Source: a virus
IMG/VR virus record: IMGVR_UViG_3300048597_000457
Coordinates: 1 to 64,000 of that record
Reading direction: 5' to 3' (one strand)
DNA: 64,000 nt
This document shows, piece by piece, positions 58,108 to 64,000 of this stretch. Position numbers and translations under genes: made by a program. The notes beneath the pieces were generated by a model. The model was not told the DNA's origin, did not search any database, and worked only from the letters and a program-made list of their open reading frames with translations. Position 1 is the stretch's first letter, and each line of letters begins with the position of its first letter.

Positions 58108-59613
58108 TTACCGCTTGTAGAACGCCAGGCGATCCACTTCCACCCACACGCCTTCGGGTGGCGTCAGGATCGTTGATGGACCACCACCGCGCGTCATGTC
58201 CTGCCGTGCGAGCGTGAACAGCATCTGCGTCGTCGGGTTGTTGCTAAATCGCCAGTTGGTCACGTTCATCACGCGCACGCCGTTGATCCACGCTTGCCAT
58301 GTGCCGTTGGCTTGCCCCGGCGTGTTCAACTCCACGAAGAACTCGGCCGTGAACCACGGGCCGATGGGCACCACGTTCGGCGCGGTTTTCGGTTCACCGA
58401 CCGGCGCGGTCTGGATCGGACCCGACACGCCGACGAGATGCCCAAAGCCGCTCACGTTGAGTGACGCGGCACCCCAGTTGCCTTCCCCAGCGACGTTCTG
58501 CACCGGGTAAAACAGCTTTTCCGAGTTGGTATGAAACACGTAGTTGGGCGAGTAGCGCATCCGCGTCACCATGTAGTGCGCACGGCTGTTCAGCCCACTC
58601 ACCATCATCGTCAGTGGCCCCACCCCATCACCCGCGTGATTACCGGGGAAGAAGGCGCGAATGGACTTGGTGCCGTAGCCACCATTCGTGGTAGACGACC
58701 GCACGCCGAACGACGCGGCATTCTCGGCGGTGTTCCCCGTCCAGTTGATGATCTCGATGCCGTCGGCGTCCCGTGAACCGTTCACGTAATTTTCGAACGA
58801 CGATTCCGCGATCAACTGCATCCCTGCGGGCAAGTTCGGCGCGAACGCGCTCGGCACGGCCGGCGGGGTCGTATCGGGTGGCGGGGTCACCGTGCCGGTC
58901 GTGACCGTGATGACCGCTGTGTCGGGGCGCGTGAAGCAACTGCACCACGCGATCACGCGATATGTGCCCCCGGTTGCACCCGCCGTGTACAGACCCGCGC
59001 CAGTAATCGTGCCGCCTGTCGCGCTCCACGTAATCGTGGCGGGAGCGGGGGCCGAGCCTGTCCATGCGGTCTGCGTGTTGAATTGCTGCGTCGCGCCGTT
59101 CCGGAGCGTGACGACATCCGGGGTAATGGAGAAACTGGTCGCCACGGGTGGCACGTAGGGCGGCGCACTGATCGTGTCGATCACCAGTGAGTCGATGTTG
59201 GGCGGCGGCAGCACAACCACACGCGGCGGTACCGTGATGGACACCGTGCGCGCGGAGCCCACCACGGCCCCACGCTTGGCCGTCGCGGTGTTGCTGAGCG
59301 TTTGCGCGACCGTGCCACGATAGACGCCGATGCTGTCGACACAGGCGGCCGGCCGCAACGCGCGCGTGCGTGCCGTGGTGCCGGCGTACGTCCACACCGA
59401 CCGCACCGTGTCGGCACTCGACGCCGTGCAACGCACCGTCGCGTAGAGGCTGTCCGGAGTCAACCGGTACACGCGAGGCGCGTCCAGTCGCGTGATGCGT
59501 TGGGTGTCGGGGGCGCGGGCCTCCGAGGCTGACACCGTCAGCACGACGAAGGCCAACGCGGCCATGAGACTCACCAAGAACTCTCGAGCTGATGCCGAAA
59601 TGCGTGCGCGCAT
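58108..59613 (-). CDS. signal-peptide protein with Big_2-like Ig domain and C-terminal lectin / polysaccharide-lyase-like beta-sandwich
   Basis: The N-terminus MRARISASAREFLVSLMAALAFVVLTVSASEA is a signal peptide. ITPDVVTLRNGATQQF...TWSATGGTITGAGLYTAG..GTYRVIA is Big_2-like. The C-terminal ...FFVELNTPGQANGTWQAWINGVRV... suggests a lyase or lectin, but only at recollection level. Confidence 0.45.
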   Translation of the reverse strand: MRARISASAREFLVSLMAALAFVVLTVSASEARAPDTQRITRLDAPRVYRLTPDSLYATVRCTASSADTVRSVWTYAGTTARTRALRPAACVDSIGVYRGTVAQTLSNTATAKRGAVVGSARTVSITVPPRVVVLPPPNIDSLVIDTISAPPYVPPVATSFSITPDVVTLRNGATQQFNTQTAWTGSAPAPATITWSATGGTITGAGLYTAGATGGTYRVIAWCSCFTRPDTAVITVTTGTVTPPPDTTPPAVPSAFAPNLPAGMQLIAESSFENYVNGSRDADGIEIINWTGNTAENAASFGVRSSTTNGGYGTKSIRAFFPGNHAGDGVGPLTMMVSGLNSRAHYMVTRMRYSPNYVFHTNSEKLFYPVQNVAGEGNWGAASLNVSGFGHLVGVSGPIQTAPVGEPKTAPNVVPIGPWFTAEFFVELNTPGQANGTWQAWINGVRVMNVTNWRFSNNPTTQMLFTLARQDMTRGGGPSTILTPPEGVWVEVDRLAFYKR

Positions 59614-59645
59614 AGGAACGTCCTGACAAGGGGTGGAAGTGGGAA

Positions 59646-59684
59646 CGCCGCACGGGCACAGCGCGAGGCCATGACCGTGCGGCG
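59646..59684 (-). terminator. 10-bp stem hairpin between 59706..60137 and 58108..59613
   Basis: CGCCGCACGG (59646-59655) and CCGTGCGGCG (59675-59684) are exact complements with a 19-nt loop. Confidence 0.4.
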
Positions 59685-59705
59685 CAGAGCAGGGTGCGTG
59701 AGGGA

Positions 59706-60137
59706 TCAGCCCGTCGGCGGATCGACCGGGGGATCGATCGTCGGCACCGACGGGGCCGGTACCGGCGTGCTCTGCACGTCGGTCGCGAGCGCGCCGAGGG
59801 CCGTGTTGTTGACCGACAGCTTGGTCAGCAGCGCATCGGCCTGTTCCGTGCTCACGCCGTTCGCCTTGAGCGTCGCGATCTCGGCCCGCAGCGACTCAAT
59901 CGTCGCGGCCTGCTCGACGAACACGGCGCCGACTTTCTCCTGGAGTGCATCGACGGCGCCCTGCGCGGTCGCGATGGCGGCCGCCTGTTCGTCGATCTTG
60001 GTGAGCGCTTCGGTGAACTTCTCGTTCATCGTGTCGAGCCTCTGGAGGATGGTGGTGGGTTGCTGCAGCGCGCCCACGAGAACCGTGAGCTGCGCCAGAA
60101 TGAGGTACGTCTCCATCGAACGACTCTCGGTGCTCAC
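59706..60137 (-). CDS. coiled-coil hypothetical protein
   Basis: 143 aa; ...KFTEALTKIDEQAAAIATAQGAVDALQEKVGAVFVEQAATIESLRAEIATLKANG.... Confidence 0.5.
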   Translation of the reverse strand: MSTESRSMETYLILAQLTVLVGALQQPTTILQRLDTMNEKFTEALTKIDEQAAAIATAQGAVDALQEKVGAVFVEQAATIESLRAEIATLKANGVSTEQADALLTKLSVNNTALGALATDVQSTPVPAPSVPTIDPPVDPPTG

Positions 60138-60568
60138 GAGAACGTCGACGTGAAGGCGCCAGCCGCGAACGACGGCGCGGAATCGCCGTTGTTGAGCGTG
60201 CGCGAGGCGGTGAGTGCCGCGTATACCCAGGCATTGCCACCAGACGACGCGTCCATGGCGGTCATGTGCGTGACCGTCTGCGGGCCCGACGTCGGGGCCC
60301 CGAACGTGATCGCGTTGTTGTTGCTGGTCTGGCCACCAGTGCCACTCGAGGCCGTGGTCGACCCGGACGACTGCGTGCCCGCGAAGTTCGCCAGCGAGGC
60401 CGTCACGGCGACGCGGGCATAGCCAGTGTAGGTCGCCTCGGTACCGCCACCCGTTTCACCAGGCGCCGCGGTGTACAGCGCGAAGTACCACGTGGCCGGT
60501 GCGCCCAGCGACTGCGCTCGCCAGAACGCGTCCACGACCTTGTTTTCGGCGTAGTCGGTCATCGACAT
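60134..60568 (-). CDS. hypothetical virion protein
   Basis: 144 aa; ...WYFALYTAAPGETGGGTEATYTGYARVAV...NNNAITFGAPTSG.... Confidence 0.5.
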   Translation of the reverse strand: MSMTDYAENKVVDAFWRAQSLGAPATWYFALYTAAPGETGGGTEATYTGYARVAVTASLANFAGTQSSGSTTASSGTGGQTSNNNAITFGAPTSGPQTVTHMTAMDASSGGNAWVYAALTASRTLNNGDSAPSFAAGAFTSTFS

Positions 60569-60571
60569 GGG

Positions 60572-60982
60572 TCAGCCCTCCGCGGGCAGGAGACGCAGCA
60601 CACCCGCCGGCCACCGCGTTCCAGAGAGCAAATCGCCCGCGCGCGCCAAGTCGTCTGTGGTGAACGTGGTCGGCCAGCCCGCGAAGTTCGGATCGGTCGA
60701 CTTGCTGGCGTCCGGCTCTTCGCCGTAGCGCAGGATGAGCAACGCCGTGATCCAATCCGCGACGTAGTGATGCGCCAGCACGTACGGGCCATACCGCTGC
60801 TCCATCGCCAGCGCCCACTGCACCACGGCGGGCGAAAGCGACATGCTCGCGACGTGGGCCGCGAACCGATCCGCGCGATCTTGCAGCACGGCCAAGTAGT
60901 GTTCGGCGTCAAAGAGGCCGGGGTTGTGCTGCCGCAACAGCGCGTTGCGGCGTTCGATGTGGTCCTGCAGCGTGGCCATCAC
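60572..60982 (-). CDS. hypothetical protein
   Basis: 136-aa ORF. Confidence 0.5.
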   Translation of the reverse strand: MMATLQDHIERRNALLRQHNPGLFDAEHYLAVLQDRADRFAAHVASMSLSPAVVQWALAMEQRYGPYVLAHHYVADWITALLILRYGEEPDASKSTDPNFAGWPTTFTTDDLARAGDLLSGTRWPAGVLRLLPAEG

Positions 60983-61047
60983 GGGAGTCCCCGGCGAGTG
61001 AGTGAAGGAGCTACTGGCGGATCACGCAGGTGCCGAATCCGGCGGCA

Positions 61048-61641
61048 TTACCCAGCGCCGAACCCGAATCCGGTGCGGACGTGCACGGTGCCCCAAGTCG
61101 GGCGCCGCTGGAGATCGCGCTCGAGATCGCGGATCGTGCGGGATTGCGTCGCGGTGGTGATGAGCAGCGATCGCGCGGCCGTGGTGTCGGCCCGGTGGAT
61201 CGAATCCGCGACAAACCGAATGCGGGTGTTCGCGACGCGGATGCTGTCACAGTCGTTGGTGGCCACGGTGCACATGTTCGCGGTCTCGGCGGCCGCAGTG
61301 ACCAGCACCGTGTCGTAGTGCGTGGTCGGCTTCGCGGCGAGCAGCACCCGCAGTCTCGCGATCGAGGCGCGTGCCGCTTCGGCGGACGCGCCCGCGGCCG
61401 AGTCGCGAACGACCAGCACTTCGCGCAGTGAGTCGCGTTCGCGCGTGAGCCGCTTGTATTCGACCGGCCAGACAATGCGCTTGGTCTCTTCCGCCTTCGC
61501 GCCGATCTTCGCGCGCTCATCACGACGGATCCACTGCGCACCGTGGTACACGGCCGTGGCCAGCACGCCGAGGCCGACGACGATGGCGAGCAGCACCCAC
61601 ATCCAGCTGGGCACGCGCGGACGGTGGTAGCCGCTGGTCAC
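61048..61641 (-). CDS. i-spanin-like membrane-anchored coiled-coil protein
   Basis: GTG 61641 (GTGA overlap). N-terminal TM helix WMWVLLAIVVGLGVLATAVY followed by a charged helical region. Last gene of the lysis cluster. Confidence 0.45.
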   Translation of the reverse strand: MTSGYHRPRVPSWMWVLLAIVVGLGVLATAVYHGAQWIRRDERAKIGAKAEETKRIVWPVEYKRLTRERDSLREVLVVRDSAAGASAEAARASIARLRVLLAAKPTTHYDTVLVTAAAETANMCTVATNDCDSIRVANTRIRFVADSIHRADTTAARSLLITTATQSRTIRDLERDLQRRPTWGTVHVRTGFGFGAG

Positions 61642-62324
61642 GCGGCCCCCTTGCGCAACAGGGCCGGCGTCAGCGGCGCGTCGTATCGCGTCTCGATCGC
61701 ACTGCACGCCTCGCCTCCGTCCTGCAGCAGCGCGTCGAGCACACTGAGTGGCAGCCACGCCCGACCGCGTGCGGCCCACTTCGGGCCCCACGAGTTGAGG
61801 ATCCGGACGGCGTGATGCTTCTGCGAGAATCCCGTCGCGAGCACCGCATGCCCGCCGAGATACGCGCCGACGTTCCACATGTTCTCAGCGTCCATCCCGT
61901 CGTACCACGGGAGCCCCAGCACCACGGGCCCGCGCGTCAGCAGGTAGTCGCGGACCGTTTCGGCGCGATACGCCCAGCGATAGCCACCGATGATACCGGC
62001 ACGCGACAACGCCTTGGCCGCACCGCGCACGGTGGTGCCATCCTCAGGGCCGGCGTCGACGTCGTCCAGCAGCTGCGCGCGCTCGTACAGCGCCGTGGTG
62101 AACGGGCCGACGCGCGGCACACTGGCCGTTTCTGGGGCGGCTCGCAGCATCGAGGTCCACGCGTACGCGACGCAGTGCGGACGATCGCCCTGATCGAGCA
62201 CACCGGCGGGCACCCACCAGTGCCGCGAGCGGGCGCGCTTCACGACCGGCGGTTCCATCTGGAACGTGCGATCGCGCAGATCGACGGGCGACGCGATGCG
62301 GCCGCAGCGATTGGGGGACGTCAT
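61638..62324 (-). CDS. papain-like (C1 family) cysteine peptidase
   Basis: Q-x5-C (DQGDRPHCVAYAW), GGHAVLATG (catalytic His) and LNSWG..W (Asn-Ser-Trp) occur in the canonical order. Confidence 0.65.
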   Translation of the reverse strand: MTSPNRCGRIASPVDLRDRTFQMEPPVVKRARSRHWWVPAGVLDQGDRPHCVAYAWTSMLRAAPETASVPRVGPFTTALYERAQLLDDVDAGPEDGTTVRGAAKALSRAGIIGGYRWAYRAETVRDYLLTRGPVVLGLPWYDGMDAENMWNVGAYLGGHAVLATGFSQKHHAVRILNSWGPKWAARGRAWLPLSVLDALLQDGGEACSAIETRYDAPLTPALLRKGAA

Positions 62325-62662
62325 CCGTCCGTCGCTCCGAAGCGCCACGTCGAGACCGGCGGCAGGGGATGCGTCGAGCCCTTCAACCCGTGCGTGCAGT
62401 CGTCCAGGAATTGGATCTGGCCACCCGACACGTACGAGTGGCAGCGCCGCAGTTCCCGTCGTTCGTCGACCGTGGCCACTTCACGCACCAACACCGACGG
62501 ATTCACGGTCACACGGTTCGACGTCTCCCCGTTCCACGACCACGCATGTTCACCCGTGACGCGCACCTCGTGCACGGTGTCGCATCCGGGACACCAGAAG
62601 CGCAGTCGGTCCGCGATGCGGACAGCGACATCCGTCGGGGTGACCATGGCGGCGTCACTCAT
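62321..62662 (-). CDS. Zn-ribbon protein (DUF6527-like layout)
   Basis: FWCPGCDTVHEV...WSWNGE....VNPSVLV......CHSYVSGGQIQFLDDCTHGL. ATGA overlaps at both ends. Confidence 0.5.
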   Translation of the reverse strand: MSDAAMVTPTDVAVRIADRLRFWCPGCDTVHEVRVTGEHAWSWNGETSNRVTVNPSVLVREVATVDERRELRRCHSYVSGGQIQFLDDCTHGLKGSTHPLPPVSTWRFGATDG

Positions 62663-63180
62663 GCGGCCTTCACCACCTTCCACACGGCCGCGTTGCCGCC
62701 CGCGCTGCGCAACTGCGCGGCGGACGGCGACGGCGAGCGCCGCATGCCTGAGCCCCACTGCATATGCGGCCGATCCGAGAACGTCTCGTCCTCGGTCGAG
62801 CCGTTGCCATTCCAATCGCCGCCCCACACCAAGCCGTGCCGGCGCGCACTCGTGCCAAGCACGTACCAGAAGTCGGGTGGCGCACCCCACTGCTTGCGTC
62901 GTGAGATGATGTCGACCGCGAGGCCGTAGTAATGCCAGGTGTCTTCCGCGGTGCGGCTGTGCGTGACGATCCCACGACCGTCGTCGTAGTCGCGACCGAA
63001 CCCGTACAGGAACGACTGCCGCTCGTTCGTGCGCAGCGTTTCGAACACGATGGGATCGTAGCCCCACGCCTGCAGATCGCTCACCACGCGGAGCACCGCG
63101 TCCCGGAACAACGGCGCGAGCCCGTCCAGACTGTTCTGAACGGGCACGTCGTGCAGGGGGCGCGGCAACACCAGCGTCAT
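62659..63180 (-). CDS. peptidase M15 (VanY / L-Ala-D-Glu peptidase type) endolysin
   Basis: ...SRTAEDTWHYYGLAVDI... (H-x6-D) and ...WGGDW....DRPHMQW (second His) match the M15 zinc-ligand pattern. Confidence 0.8.
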   Translation of the reverse strand: MTLVLPRPLHDVPVQNSLDGLAPLFRDAVLRVVSDLQAWGYDPIVFETLRTNERQSFLYGFGRDYDDGRGIVTHSRTAEDTWHYYGLAVDIISRRKQWGAPPDFWYVLGTSARRHGLVWGGDWNGNGSTEDETFSDRPHMQWGSGMRRSPSPSAAQLRSAGGNAAVWKVVKAA

Positions 63181-63183
63181 CGG

Positions 63184-63723
63184 TCAGCGGCCCTGCATCT
63201 CGCGCGTCTGGTGCGCCACCTTCAGCGCTTCGGACGCGGTCTGGCTGGCAGCCCGCGATTTCAAGCCCGCGTGTACACTCCACGCTCCAATACCGGCAGC
63301 TACCGCATTGCCGAGACTCGGCTCCCACGGGAACCACGGCCAGAAGTGCGAGGCGACCGCGGCGACGTACATGACGATGGCCGGAATCGCACTCACGATC
63401 AACTGCTTGATCGCAGGCGACTGGTCATTGAGTCGCGCGAACAGACGCTCCATCAACGACATGATCTTCGGCGTCACGATCGCCATCAGGACCGTGAGCA
63501 ACCAATTCACGCTGCTGCGCGTGTCGGGGAGCGGGAATCCGGCCTTCGCGGTGTCGGCCACCACCGCGGTATCCGTCACGACCGTGTCGAGCGGCATCGT
63601 GTCCACCCGCGCGAACGTGTCGACGATGGGCGGAGGATCCTGCGCCCTGACGGCGAGCGGTGCGTTCGACAGTGCGGCGACAGCGAGAAGCACCAGCAGC
63701 GGGAACAGGCGAGCAGATCGCAT
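63184..63723 (-). CDS. holin-like multi-TM membrane protein with cleavable-looking signal peptide
   Basis: MRSARLFPLLVLLAVAALSNAPLAVRAQDP, then three hydrophobic helices (WLLTVLMAIV.., LIVSAIPAIVMYVAAVA.., LGNAVAAGIGAWSV..). Immediately upstream of the endolysin. Confidence 0.5.
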   Translation of the reverse strand: MRSARLFPLLVLLAVAALSNAPLAVRAQDPPPIVDTFARVDTMPLDTVVTDTAVVADTAKAGFPLPDTRSSVNWLLTVLMAIVTPKIMSLMERLFARLNDQSPAIKQLIVSAIPAIVMYVAAVASHFWPWFPWEPSLGNAVAAGIGAWSVHAGLKSRAASQTASEALKVAHQTREMQGR

Positions 63724-63794
63724 GAGTCGGTCCGTGTGCAGGATGATGGCAACGCGGGGGATGGAGACTGCTCGAACTCCACGCTATCGCAAGA

Positions 63795-63811
63795 CGTGCC
63801 AGAAGCGCAAG
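63795..63811 (-). promoter_or_regulatory. conserved motif copy 6 (gene-sense): CTTGCGCTTCTGGCACG
   Basis: 7 nt after the TAA (63819-63821) of the partial upstream gene and 71 nt upstream of ATG 63723. Confidence 0.5.
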
Positions 63812-63818
63812 GGTGAGT

Positions 63819-64000
63819 TTATGGAGATGCCCGTCGGGCCAACATTTCCACCGTCGTCGAGATCTGCACCAGCAGGCGCCCTTGCGTCTCGGAATCCTCC
63901 TTCAGCTTCCGGATGTCCCCGCGGATGCCATTGTTCCGCTGCGCACCCCAGAGCTCTTGCGCGACCTCGTTCAGACGGGTCGCGTCCTGTTCGAGCCGCT
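63819..64000 (-). CDS. hypothetical protein, C-terminal fragment (runs off window end)
   Basis: Open minus-strand frame ...RLEQDATRLNEVAQELWGAQRNNGIRGDIRKLKEDSETQGRLLVQISTTVEMLARRASP ending at TAA 63819-63821. Confidence 0.4.
   Translation of the reverse strand, partial: RLEQDATRLNEVAQELWGAQRNNGIRGDIRKLKEDSETQGRLLVQISTTVEMLARRASP

Noticed and set aside
1-64000. Searched for prophage boundaries (attL/attR), tRNA genes, rRNA and transposases.
   Set aside because: Phage genes continue off both edges. The only long exact direct repeat (21 bp, at 38237 and 42230) is not adjacent to the integrase. No cloverleaf-like tRNA or IS-like gene was recognised. A tRNAscan/Infernal run would be needed to be sure about small RNAs.

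Overview
High-GC window (about two-thirds G+C by eye) that is wall-to-wall tailed-phage DNA with siphovirus-type gene order. I call about 95 protein genes, all but 7 on the minus strand. They are packed tightly, with dozens of 4-nt ATGA/GTGA stop-start overlaps, which I used to choose start codons inside the longer six-frame ORFs. Reading the minus strand from 64000 down to 1:
- 63.8-61.0 kb: lysis cassette (holin-like membrane protein, M15 peptidase, Zn-ribbon protein, papain-like C1 peptidase, spanin-like protein).
- 61.0-51.9 kb: tail-fibre / host-recognition block (beta-helix tailspike, signal-peptide Ig/lectin-like protein, fibre with 16 x 60-bp repeats).
- 51.9-44.2 kb: early small-ORF region (Gp157-like, ASCH-like, proteasome-type Ntn hydrolase, RadC), plus a plus-strand brnT/brnA pair.
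- 44.0-38.4 kb: visibly lower-GC immunity/moron region. It holds an unknown gene coupled to an XRE-HTH + ImmA/IrrE peptidase gene, a secreted protein with a DUF2628-like membrane protein, and a divergent XRE / excisionase-type HTH switch.
- 37.7-28.6 kb: recombination/replication block (Sak4-like ATPase, SSB, DnaQ-like exonuclease, large serine recombinase, DUF1376+HNH protein carrying an internal 12-bp iteron array).
- 28.0-23.8 kb: DNA-modification block (C5-MTase and an SNF2-helicase/MTase fusion).
- 23.4-13.7 kb: one long translationally coupled operon (RecU-like resolvase, ASCH, HerA/FtsK-like ATPase, HD hydrolase, half-length Prs-like protein, DUF5131/Gp37-Gp68).
- 13.5-0 kb: packaging, portal, Mu F/SPP1 gp7, scaffold, capsid, neck, major tail and the start of a tape-measure-like gene.

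I saw no rRNA, tRNA, CRISPR array or transposase. The integrase is internal and phage genes run off both window edges, so no prophage ends are visible. Functional calls come from motif-level reading and synteny only, with no database search.

Four non-genic signals stand out:
- A 15-17-nt motif, TGCGCTTYYGGCACG, present nine times, eight of them at cistron boundaries.
- Two tracts of phased pentanucleotide (GCCNN)n repeats upstream of the recombination genes.
- The iteron array inside the DUF1376 gene.
- A perfect 21-bp direct repeat bracketing the 4-kb immunity/moron segment.
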